This document shows positions 28,283 to 36,866 of a DNA stretch of 64,000 nt, piece after piece. The notes beneath the pieces were generated by a model. The model had not been told where the DNA came from and ran no database searches. It saw only the letters and a list, made by a program, of their open reading frames with translations. The position numbers were made by a program, and so were the translations under genes. The stretch is from the NCBI GenBank assembly GCA_044440125.1, contig JBITAJ010000015.1, positions 32,001 to 96,000 on the forward strand, in the 5' to 3' direction. Source of the DNA: Sedimentisphaeraceae bacterium JB056 (lineage in GTDB: Bacteria > Planctomycetota > Phycisphaerae > Sedimentisphaerales > Sedimentisphaeraceae). Positions within the stretch are counted from its first letter, which is position 1. The number at the start of each line of letters is the position of its first letter.

Positions 28283-30292
28283 ATGAGTGGAGACAATTTA
28301 CCTCCTTTGATAGTAATTGGTTTAACAGGACCTATCGGGAGCGGCTGTACTACTTTAGCTAAATTTTTTGATGATCCAGATGATTCAAATAGGAAAAATG
28401 GAAATCAATTTCTGAGAAAATTAGTGTCTGATAATTATGTGAAAAAAATCAAATCAGATTATAAAGTTAATTGGGCAGAGCTTAACAATAAAGTCCAAAA
28501 AAAACTTGAAGAATACGCAAGAATCAAAGAACGTCTTAAAAAATTGGACGAAACTAGCATTCCGGAAAGACTGGAAGCTAAAAAGGAAAAAACTTTCAAA
28601 GAACTTGGTCGGATTTTAGAGCAAAGAGAATCTCTTAAATCGTTCAGCTTTTTAAAACCATATTACCCTAAAGACAAGTCTCACTATTTCAGAACACTTT
28701 CCATGTCAGATCTGATATTATTTAGGGTACTCAAAAGTATTGAAGAAGGTGAAAGTTCAAGCTCAAAAAAATTTGACCAAGAAGCTAAAAATGTTATTAA
28801 AAAGATAGTAGAAGATATTAAATCGTTAGATAATGTATCTGATATTAACTCTATTGCTGACTTCTACGATAAAATAAGAACTGGTGATAATATTGAACAA
28901 CTCATCCGAGTTTTTAAGAAGATTCATGACAATTGTAAAAAATTAAAAGTTGAAATGAATAAAATTTCTGATTTCAGCTATACGGAACAAATGCAACTTT
29001 TTGGTAATAATATTCGTAAATGCGGCGACCCTTTTAAGTGTAACACAGATGCAAAAGCTACTGCCCGATCAATGCAGCTCGCCGAAGATATGGTGAATAT
29101 AATTGATTTAATCTATAAGGCTAAAGAAGCCTCTTTCTTTATTATTGATTGCCTAAGGAATCCATATGAAGTATTTTATCTGAGGAAGAAAGTTTCAGAC
29201 TTTTTTCTTATAAGTATTTTTGCGGAAAAAGAAACACGTTTACTGAGAGTTAAAAATGATCAAGAAAAAATAAAGGGAGAATTGAAAGATGAAAATTTTC
29301 GTAAAAATTTTAATAGCAACGACGAACTTGATAGTGGAAAACTAATCAAAGAAAGCATCGAAAGGGCATATAAACAAAACGTTACTAAAAGCGTACAGAT
29401 TTCTGATTATGCTATAAATAACTTGCAGGACTGTTTAGATAAAGAATCTATACTGCATCTAAAGCTTTTAAGAATGATTTCGTTGATTTTAAGCCCAGGT
29501 TGCTGTAAACCAACAATGAATGAAGTTTACATGAATATGGCCTACGCAATGTCTGTAAAATCGAATTGTGTTTGCAGACAAGTTGGTGCTATTATAAAAG
29601 GCAAAGATGGTTACATTGTAGGAGCTGGCTGGAATGATGTTCCACGAGGTGAGATCTCGTGTGGCTTACGTACAATAGGGGACTTGCCTAAGAGTCCAAT
29701 ACATCGAAATATAACTATACAAGTAGGCGAAACATATTTGAAAGGTAGATACGAAAAAGACAAGAAAAACGATAACTATTCTTTAGACCAAGCATGTTTT
29801 TGTTTCAAAGATGAGATGGTGACGAAAGAAGTTTCAAAAAAGATAGTTAAGAGTCTTGAAAATTCAAAAAACGACAAATTAAAAGAACATGGTGCAGATA
29901 TTAAAAATCTTGTTAAAAATGCAGGATTGCACCAATTAGAATATTGTATGGCTTTGCACGCTGAAGAAAATGCAATCGTACAAAGCGCCAGAATTGGTGG
30001 AATGGGTATAAAGGGAGCTACAATTTATTCAACAGCACAACCTTGTACGTTATGTGCAAAAAAAATCAAACAATCAGGTATTAAAAAAGCTATTTATACT
30101 GATCCATACCCCAAAAGCCTATCAGATATATTTATGAATGAAGTTGAATTGGAGCAATTTGAAGGTGTAAAGCCACGGTCATATATGAAATTGTTCATGG
30201 CAAATCATGACCAAAAAGAATGGCAAGATCTTGAGGTTAAAAATGAAGTACCTGGTTTTGATTTTCTTGAAGATAAATACTACTATAATTAA
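28283..30292 (+). CDS. avcD: AvcD-type anti-phage deoxycytidylate (dCTP/dCMP) deaminase with N-terminal P-loop kinase domain
   Basis: IGLTGPIGSGCTT P-loop, IIDCLRNPYE, SNCVCRQVGA, GWNDVP, HAEENAI and PCTLC Zn-deaminase motifs, YTDPYP; visibly AT-rich; AAGGAG RBS. Confidence 0.85.
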   Translation: MSGDNLPPLIVIGLTGPIGSGCTTLAKFFDDPDDSNRKNGNQFLRKLVSDNYVKKIKSDYKVNWAELNNKVQKKLEEYARIKERLKKLDETSIPERLEAKKEKTFKELGRILEQRESLKSFSFLKPYYPKDKSHYFRTLSMSDLILFRVLKSIEEGESSSSKKFDQEAKNVIKKIVEDIKSLDNVSDINSIADFYDKIRTGDNIEQLIRVFKKIHDNCKKLKVEMNKISDFSYTEQMQLFGNNIRKCGDPFKCNTDAKATARSMQLAEDMVNIIDLIYKAKEASFFIIDCLRNPYEVFYLRKKVSDFFLISIFAEKETRLLRVKNDQEKIKGELKDENFRKNFNSNDELDSGKLIKESIERAYKQNVTKSVQISDYAINNLQDCLDKESILHLKLLRMISLILSPGCCKPTMNEVYMNMAYAMSVKSNCVCRQVGAIIKGKDGYIVGAGWNDVPRGEISCGLRTIGDLPKSPIHRNITIQVGETYLKGRYEKDKKNDNYSLDQACFCFKDEMVTKEVSKKIVKSLENSKNDKLKEHGADIKNLVKNAGLHQLEYCMALHAEENAIVQSARIGGMGIKGATIYSTAQPCTLCAKKIKQSGIKKAIYTDPYPKSLSDIFMNEVELEQFEGVKPRSYMKLFMANHDQKEWQDLEVKNEVPGFDFLEDKYYYN

Positions 30293-30341
30293 GTATAAGA
30301 TATAGTTTTAACTATTTTGAATAATTGAAAGAAGCTCTGCG

Positions 30342-31235
30342 ATGAAAAAGTCAACAGTTCTAAGCATATTTTTTTTGTTTTGCATTTTATTTTCAGGATG
30401 TAAACTAAATTCGAAATTGGTTGAAGATTCAGCATCAATTCAATTAGCCGGTGTAAAATCGAAAGACGGCGTTAACATTGCTTACTCAGTATACGGCCAT
30501 GGAGACATTACTATTGTGTTTGTTCATGGATGGAGCTGTGACAGCAGATATTGGTTCAATCAGATTCCTTACTTTGCTCCAAAGTATCGCGTTGTCTGTC
30601 TCGACTATGCCGGGCATGGCAATTCAGGCTTCGGCAGGGAAAAATATACAATTGAATCTTTCGGATATGATGTTGCGGCTGTTTTATCGGAGCTTGACGC
30701 AGAGAACGCGATTCTGGTAGGTCATTCAATGGGCGGCAGTATTGTATTACAAGCCGCAAACATTGCTCCCGACAGGGTGATAGGTGTAATTGGCGTTGAT
30801 ACATTGCATGATATGGGTATGCTTTATACGGAAGAGGAGAAGATGCAAATTTACGAGCCTCTCGCTGCGGATTTTAGAAACAATACATATCAGTTTGTGA
30901 GTTCGATGTTTCCAGAAAGTACGAATCGCAAACTGGTTGATGTAATTGCCCGTGACATGTCGTCAGCTCCAGCCGAAGCTGCACTAAACGCATTACTGGA
31001 ATATCTGAAAATATATGACAGGAATCTTGTTGAGAAGATTGATATACCTGTCAAATGTGTAAATTCAGATTTCTGGCCGTCAAACGCAGAGGGAAACAAA
31101 GAACTGAACTCCGAATTTGAGATGGCACTTATGAAAGGTTATGGGCATTTCATTATGTTGGAAGCACCTGATGAGTTCAACAGTCATTTGGATGATATGA
31201 TTGAAAGTATACTGAACTCAAATGTTTCCAAATGA
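30342..31235 (+). CDS. alpha/beta hydrolase lipoprotein
   Basis: Lipobox LFSGC; VFVHGW, GHG, GHSMGG, GHFIMLEAPDEFN. Confidence 0.88.
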   Translation: MKKSTVLSIFFLFCILFSGCKLNSKLVEDSASIQLAGVKSKDGVNIAYSVYGHGDITIVFVHGWSCDSRYWFNQIPYFAPKYRVVCLDYAGHGNSGFGREKYTIESFGYDVAAVLSELDAENAILVGHSMGGSIVLQAANIAPDRVIGVIGVDTLHDMGMLYTEEEKMQIYEPLAADFRNNTYQFVSSMFPESTNRKLVDVIARDMSSAPAEAALNALLEYLKIYDRNLVEKIDIPVKCVNSDFWPSNAEGNKELNSEFEMALMKGYGHFIMLEAPDEFNSHLDDMIESILNSNVSK

Positions 31236-31299
31236 TGAATACTATTATCACTAAGAGTCAGATAAAGTATTGATTATTGTAATATAGGAGTTCGGGATT

Positions 31300-31719
31300 A
31301 TGCTTGAGTATCTCACTGCATGGGATTTTTTTGCAGTTGTTTTTGTTATTGCTTTCATGATCTACGGCTATTTCCAGAATTCAACAAAAGGACTTGTCTT
31401 ATCTCTTATATTGGTTCCGGCAATGCTGGTTGTATGCTTTATATCACTGGTCAATCTTGATTCCAGTTTCACTGAAATGATACTTTTAATGATATCTCCG
31501 GCATGGATAATATTTGCATTAATTCCTGTCAAAAAAATGAAATGGGCATTTATTATTTCGCCATTAGTATCAATAACTACAGTATACACAGTAAACACTA
31601 TTCAAATTGGCTACCTTGACCCCTTTTGGATAATTGGAATATTTTTTGGACTGTTCTATTCTTTTCTTGCCGACTCTTTATTAGGTTTATTAGTATATAT
31701 AATCAGAATCTCAAAATAA
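31300..31719 (+). CDS. hypothetical polytopic membrane protein
   Basis: 139 aa, almost entirely hydrophobic; GGAG RBS. Confidence 0.6.
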   Translation: MLEYLTAWDFFAVVFVIAFMIYGYFQNSTKGLVLSLILVPAMLVVCFISLVNLDSSFTEMILLMISPAWIIFALIPVKKMKWAFIISPLVSITTVYTVNTIQIGYLDPFWIIGIFFGLFYSFLADSLLGLLVYIIRISK

Positions 31720-31747
31720 CTCTTAATACCAATAATATGCAAGCATT

Positions 31748-31793
31748 AATGGGTATACTAAAAAACTATGACGAGAAATTCAGTATACCCATT
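31748..31793. terminator. inverted repeat between convergent genes
   Basis: aatgggtatact (31748-31759) ... agtatacccatt (31782-31793). Confidence 0.55.
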
Positions 31794-31816
31794 TTGATGA
31801 AAAAATAATCAATCTA

Positions 31817-33931
31817 CTATTTTGTCATAAGTTTCAGAAGCTCAAGCTGTTTCTGCTCGTATACTTCCTTGCTGATGAGTCCTTTGTCGAAAAGGTCTTT
31901 CAGCTCTCTGAGTTTTTGTTCTATCTGTTCTTTTGTAAGCGGAGTGTCAGGGTTTGTGTCAGGTGAATTGTTCTCCTTTTTATCCAGGAGAGATTTTGCC
32001 TGTCTTGCGAGTTTTACAAGTTCCTGATTATTCAATGATTCAATCCGATTGACAACCGCATTCAAGTCGGCCTTTTTAACCCAGTAGCTTCCTCTTAGTA
32101 TCTCGGCCATTTCGGCTGAGCTTACGGCAAGTTTGAACTCTTCGCTAATTTGATTAGCTGCATTAAATTTGTCTACTGACATTGACTGATTGGTCTCTTC
32201 AACTTTATCTGTCACAGGATCTTTATAGCGTACATAGACGGTGAAGGCATTAGTTTTTTCAGTGGCCTTTGCTTTGTCAGTATCCCATAGTTTCAGTTCG
32301 TAGAGAGCGGTAGTGCTGTGGCCGGCGTTTATTTCTCCACCGTCCTTGGTGTCGTCTCTGAAATCCTTGTCAGCAACATCGCGATTCTCATATCCGATAA
32401 GTCTATAGCTTCGTATTATGTCGGGGTTGAATTCGACCTGGAATTTTACATCACGGCCAATGACCTGCAAAGCGGTTGACAGGTTGCTGAAGAGCTTCTT
32501 AGCCTGATCGAAATTATCGATATAAGCATAATAGCCATTGCCTTTGTTGCCAAGCTGTTCAAGCAATACATCATTATAGTTGCCCATTCCGAAGCCCAGG
32601 CTGCTGAGGTATATACCTTTGTCAACCTGTGATTTGATTTCGTTCAATATCTGGTCGGGGCCGGTTCTTCCGACGTTTGCCACGCCGTCACTGCAAAGTA
32701 TTACGCGGTTTATCCAGCCCTTGCGGAATGCTTTTTCGGCCATGTCGTAACCCATTCTGATGCCTTGTTCTGCGTTAGTGCTTCCTTCGGGGCGCAACTG
32801 GTCTATGGCGTTTATGATTTGTTCTCTGCCGTAGTTGATACTTGTATGTTCAAGGATTACGCGGCCTTTACTTCCATAGACAGCTATGCCGATCATGTCT
32901 TCACTTTTGAGTCTGTCAACGAGATACCTTAGAGACTGCTTGACAAGCCCAAGGCGATTCTCTCTGTTCATAGAACCGGAAACATCGATGACAAATGTAA
33001 GTACTGCAGGAGTGCGCTGCTGGTCGCTGATTTCCTTTGCTTTAACACCAATCTTGAGGATTGTGTTATCTCTGCCGGTGTTGGCAAAGTCCCACTTTGC
33101 TGTTTCTGTATAGATGGCAAAATTGTCTTCTGAAGGGCTTGGGTATCCGTAATCGAAATAGTTGACGAATTCCTCGACCCTTATTGCTTCCTCAGGCGGC
33201 AGAGCATTCTGCTCAAATAAGTATCGTTTGGCCATCAGGAAGCTTGCCGTATCGACATCAGATGCAAATGTTGAAAGATTGTCATCATCGGTATCAACAA
33301 ACGGATTTACGCCGTAATTTTTGAAAAACATTGCATCAACCGGTTGACCATTGACAGGACTGCTTCCGTCAATTGGCGGCATTACCGGAGGGTAAACAGG
33401 CTGCAGTCCTTTAGCAAGACTATAGCTTTCGGCCATCTTAACTTTTGGAGACGCCGGTCTGCCAGCGATAATTTCAGACTTGACTCTCGCTTCTTCTTCT
33501 AAAGAAACTGCGACGGATGTTCCTCCAGTAAAATCCATATCTTCGGTTTGCTTAAGTTCCGTTGGTTTAGGAGCTTGCTGTGAGTATTGCTGTTTTGTCT
33601 GATTTTGGCGGATTACTGATGAAGATCGTGATTTGCCCAGTGTCGGCATGAAAATGTAGCAAATTCCTATCATTGCTGCCATTGATGTTATTGCTATAGC
33701 TGAAAACCTGAATAGTTTTGAGCGGCCTCTGTTTGTTTTATGCTGTGTATTGTCATTATTTTCGTTCATTGTATTATCCTTCTCTCCGTTCTGATCAAGA
33801 GCCTGCAGGGCCTGATTAATCAGACTATCTGCAAACTGTTTTTGATTCTCTTTGGAAGGAGCCTCGAAGTCAGTCGAGCTTTTGATCAAGCGGGAAATAT
33901 TATCGTTTAGTTGTTTGTTTTCTTTTTTCAT
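31817..33931 (-). CDS. YfbK-like vWA domain protein with N-terminal cytoplasmic segment, TM and C-terminal SHOCT domain; putative anti-sigma factor
   Basis: STFASDVDTAS, IRVEEFVNYF, MIDAS DVSGSM, ILCSDGVANVG, SYRLIGYENR; SHOCT-like KLRELKDLFDKGLISKEVYEQK; ATG 33931 overlaps the sigma stop (ATGA). Confidence 0.85.
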   Translation of the reverse strand: MKKENKQLNDNISRLIKSSTDFEAPSKENQKQFADSLINQALQALDQNGEKDNTMNENNDNTQHKTNRGRSKLFRFSAIAITSMAAMIGICYIFMPTLGKSRSSSVIRQNQTKQQYSQQAPKPTELKQTEDMDFTGGTSVAVSLEEEARVKSEIIAGRPASPKVKMAESYSLAKGLQPVYPPVMPPIDGSSPVNGQPVDAMFFKNYGVNPFVDTDDDNLSTFASDVDTASFLMAKRYLFEQNALPPEEAIRVEEFVNYFDYGYPSPSEDNFAIYTETAKWDFANTGRDNTILKIGVKAKEISDQQRTPAVLTFVIDVSGSMNRENRLGLVKQSLRYLVDRLKSEDMIGIAVYGSKGRVILEHTSINYGREQIINAIDQLRPEGSTNAEQGIRMGYDMAEKAFRKGWINRVILCSDGVANVGRTGPDQILNEIKSQVDKGIYLSSLGFGMGNYNDVLLEQLGNKGNGYYAYIDNFDQAKKLFSNLSTALQVIGRDVKFQVEFNPDIIRSYRLIGYENRDVADKDFRDDTKDGGEINAGHSTTALYELKLWDTDKAKATEKTNAFTVYVRYKDPVTDKVEETNQSMSVDKFNAANQISEEFKLAVSSAEMAEILRGSYWVKKADLNAVVNRIESLNNQELVKLARQAKSLLDKKENNSPDTNPDTPLTKEQIEQKLRELKDLFDKGLISKEVYEQKQLELLKLMTK

Positions 33932-34512
33932 GATTTTTCCTCCGCTAATAGAGGACATACTTTTTTGAGTTTTTCTGCAAAGAGCTTCCTTGCTCTATAA
34001 AGCAGACTGTGCACAGCCTTTTGTGATTTGCCGAGCTCGGTCGCAATGACTTTTGCCGGCAAGTCTTCGAGGTACATTGCTTCAAGCACTCGGCGGTAAG
34101 GTTCACCGAGCTGCTCAAGCGTTTCTCGAACTGCAAGAGCAGTTTCTGAGCGTTCCAATATATCAGGAGGTATCGGCTGGGTGTCCATCTGGTCTACACA
34201 TTTAGCAAGCTTCTCCATTGCCTGCCTTCGTGTTGCATTAGCCCTGAAAGCTTCGAGCATTACATTGCGTCCAATGCCGCATATCCATTGCACCGGTGCC
34301 GCTTTAGCCGGATCATAGTTGTTACGTTTCTGCACGGCTTTCATTACTGTCTGCTGGCAAAAATCCTGAGATTCATCGATGTTGAATCCGGCTTTGCGAA
34401 ACATTCCTAATAGCTTAGGAATTGCTTCTTCAAGCTCCTGCTGCCATTGACTATTGTCTCCAGCGGCAAATGAAGAGCGTTTTTTGAAATCTCCTGAATC
34501 TGATTCGCTCAT
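33928..34512 (-). CDS. ECF-type RNA polymerase sigma factor
   Basis: QDFCQQT, YDP...QWICGIGRN (region 2); L.EPYRRVL...YLEDLPAKVIATELGKS..AVHSLLYRAR (region 4). Confidence 0.88.
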   Translation of the reverse strand: MSESDSGDFKKRSSFAAGDNSQWQQELEEAIPKLLGMFRKAGFNIDESQDFCQQTVMKAVQKRNNYDPAKAAPVQWICGIGRNVMLEAFRANATRRQAMEKLAKCVDQMDTQPIPPDILERSETALAVRETLEQLGEPYRRVLEAMYLEDLPAKVIATELGKSQKAVHSLLYRARKLFAEKLKKVCPLLAEEKS

Positions 34513-34787
34513 AACTGGCCTTAATTAAGTTTTAATACTTCTTGCACCTTACTATCAAGTGGTATCTACAATATAGTTTGCGCGAAAAGTCGGAATTACT
34601 CAAACTTTTTTTATTTTTATGGTATTTCTCTGATTTTTCTGCTTATTTTCGAATGTTTCAGTTCTTTGGTTTGAAGTTGAGAAGGTTTTCCGGTTAGCAA
34701 TAAGTTAATACGATTCAGTATTAACTTGAAAATTTTTGAATAGAGTTTATTATAATCAAAGCGAACGCTATGTATTGAGAATAATTT

Positions 34788-35819
34788 ATGAAGTCAAATG
34801 TTAAAATGGTTGATATTGCCCGTGAATTGGGCATTTCTTTGTCTACAGTGAGCAGGGCATTATCCGATAGTCCGCTTATAAATGTTGAGACCAAGAAAAA
34901 AGTCAAGGAGCTTTCATGCCAGCTTGGTTTTCGTGCAGATTTGACGGCACGTTCGATCATTACAAAAAAAAGCAATATCATTGGTTGTTTGGTTTATTCA
35001 TTATCTTACAATAACCCTCTTGCATCAATTTTAGAAATGGTTCAAGAGCATATTAAGACTCAAAATCATGAACTCTTTATTGTTAGCGGGTCCAATGATC
35101 TAAAGCTTCAAAGTTATCTTGTTGACAAGATGCTTTCGCGACGTGTTGACGGTATGATACTTGTGCCTCCATTTATTTTGCCCAATGCACGTTATGAGCC
35201 TTTGGATATGGTTATGCAGGCCGGTGTGCCTTGTACTGTTTTTGGTTATTATGCCAACTGTCCAACAAATCAGGTTTGTGTCGATCTCTTTTCAACAGGT
35301 TATTCAATAGGGTCACATTTAACAGGCTTAGGACATAAGAAAATTGCAACGGTTTATCTAATTGATAATGATCCTCGAATTTCTGGAATGAAAAAAGCGT
35401 TATCTGAGCATGATATAGAGTTGGATGATAATTTTTATATTAAACGTAAGCTTCTTAAAAGCAGAGATTTATGGGCGGAATCTGATTGCAGCGACTTGTG
35501 CCGTAAGATACTCAAAAGCGGAGCTACTGCAATTTTTGTTGACAGCGATTCTGTTGCTGTTGATATTGTTACTAACTTAAAAAAAATAGGAATTAAAATT
35601 CCGGAGCAAATTGCGGTTGCAACAGCAGGTGATTCATTGCCTCTTGATATACTTAATCCTGCCCTAACTTCGTATCAGTGGCCATATGAAGTGTTGGCTG
35701 AAAAACTTTCCGATGTTATTATGGATGCGGTACAAACTCCTTCCGCTCCAACTAAGCATATATTCTTACCCGGTACACTTGCTGTTCGGCAGTCCACTGA
35801 TTTGCGTTTATCCAAGTAA
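34788..35819 (+). CDS. LacI family transcriptional regulator (copy 1)
   Basis: MVDIARELGISLSTVSRAL HTH, ARS hinge, RVDGMI, PALTS, L.VRQST. Confidence 0.93.
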   Translation: MKSNVKMVDIARELGISLSTVSRALSDSPLINVETKKKVKELSCQLGFRADLTARSIITKKSNIIGCLVYSLSYNNPLASILEMVQEHIKTQNHELFIVSGSNDLKLQSYLVDKMLSRRVDGMILVPPFILPNARYEPLDMVMQAGVPCTVFGYYANCPTNQVCVDLFSTGYSIGSHLTGLGHKKIATVYLIDNDPRISGMKKALSEHDIELDDNFYIKRKLLKSRDLWAESDCSDLCRKILKSGATAIFVDSDSVAVDIVTNLKKIGIKIPEQIAVATAGDSLPLDILNPALTSYQWPYEVLAEKLSDVIMDAVQTPSAPTKHIFLPGTLAVRQSTDLRLSK

Positions 35820-35853
35820 TATTAGTTGTATTATTATTGATTTATTAAATTAA

Positions 35854-35869
35854 TTGCAAGCGAGTGCAG
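35854..35869. promoter_or_regulatory. LacI-type operator O1
   Basis: TTGCAAGCGAGTGCAG, imperfect palindrome with central CG. Confidence 0.75.
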
Positions 35870-35876
35870 AAAGTGC

Positions 35877-35905
35877 TTGACAATTTAATTAGCTTTTTAT
35901 ATAGT
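35877..35905 (+). promoter_or_regulatory. sigma70-type promoter of the polysaccharide utilisation operon
   Basis: TTGACA (35877-35882), 17-nt spacer, TATAGT (35900-35905), between the two operators. Confidence 0.75.
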
Positions 35906-35937
35906 ATCATAAAAGGTCTTTTTTTTTTGACCCGGTT

Positions 35938-35953
35938 TTGCAAGCGAGTGCAA
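35938..35953. promoter_or_regulatory. LacI-type operator O2
   Basis: TTGCAAGCGAGTGCAA, first 15 nt identical to O1, 84 bp downstream. Confidence 0.78.
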
Positions 35954-35989
35954 AAGTATATTGAGTATGTTTTTAATTGGAGCTTTACA

Positions 35990-36811
35990 ATGGAACTATC
36001 ATCTCACAGGTTAGCGGTGAAACATTTACGGCAGGCCTTCACTTTAATCGAACTTCTTGTTGTTATATCAATAATTGCGGTTTTAATGTCAATTTTAATG
36101 CCGGCATTGAGGAAAGTAAGAGAACAGGGCAAGGCCATAGTCTGTGCGTCACAGCAAAAAGATATCGGGGTTGCTCTTAATCTTTACGCCCAGGATTGGA
36201 AGGGGCAGCTTCCTACCGGAAACTGGAGTGGAACTGCCGGTTCGAAATATACGAGGCTTCCATATAAATTGAGACCTTATTATTTTGACAATCATAATGT
36301 TCCCAATGATGAAGTTTGGGATTACGAGCTTTTCCGCTGTACCACTCAGCCTATAGAGCTTGAAGCTAAAGGTACTTATGGATATAACACATATTTTTTC
36401 AGGGGATTTGAACCAGATTTTGCCGCAAGTACAGGTAAAGAGAGGCGGCTGTCTGAAATTAAAAATGCTACATCGCTGCCACTATTGGGATGCTTGAACG
36501 GAACTGTCGACCCTGCTTTTGGCGGTGATGGCGGTGGTCAGGAGATGATGTATCAGGGACCACATCCGGCGGCATTGAAATATGGATATGTTGGAGGCGA
36601 GATAAAGCCTGCGAATAGAGATATGATTAATAATTTCGGTCCTGCACCTAATCATGGCAAGAACTGTAATATGCTGATGGCTGATTTCCATGTTGAGGCT
36701 GTGAATGTGTGCGTTGATGGAGAATTCCCATGGACTGACCATATAGGCACAGCATTTCATCCTTCTCGGAATCCAGGAAAGACAGAAAAAGCAGGGTACT
36801 ATAACAAGTAA
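35990..36811 (+). CDS. prepilin-type N-terminal cleavage/methylation protein with H-X9-DG-like motif (DUF1559-like)
   Basis: AFTLIELLVVISIIAVLMSILMPALRKVREQ...CASQQK; HGKNCNMLMADFHV; start re-called at ATG 35990 (GGAG RBS). Confidence 0.88.
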   Translation: MELSSHRLAVKHLRQAFTLIELLVVISIIAVLMSILMPALRKVREQGKAIVCASQQKDIGVALNLYAQDWKGQLPTGNWSGTAGSKYTRLPYKLRPYYFDNHNVPNDEVWDYELFRCTTQPIELEAKGTYGYNTYFFRGFEPDFAASTGKERRLSEIKNATSLPLLGCLNGTVDPAFGGDGGGQEMMYQGPHPAALKYGYVGGEIKPANRDMINNFGPAPNHGKNCNMLMADFHVEAVNVCVDGEFPWTDHIGTAFHPSRNPGKTEKAGYYNK

Positions 36812-36866
36812 TGAGATTGATCTATCAGGTTAATCTTTATGTGATAATTTTTTCAAGGAGATTTTT

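Noticed and set aside
28283..30292. Housekeeping dCMP deaminase (ComEB-like)
   Set aside because: Those are about 150-190 aa single-domain proteins; this has the kinase-deaminase architecture of defence enzymes
28240..31800. Mobile element or prophage around the deaminase
   Set aside because: No integrase, transposase, tRNA target or terminal repeats seen; only a compositional shift
35864..35989. ORF-track N-terminal extension of the pilin gene
   Set aside because: Overlaps the promoter and operators; RBS and prepilin leader support ATG 35990. Starts at 12244, 12692, 19653, 26128, 33958 and 51811 were trimmed for similar reasons.
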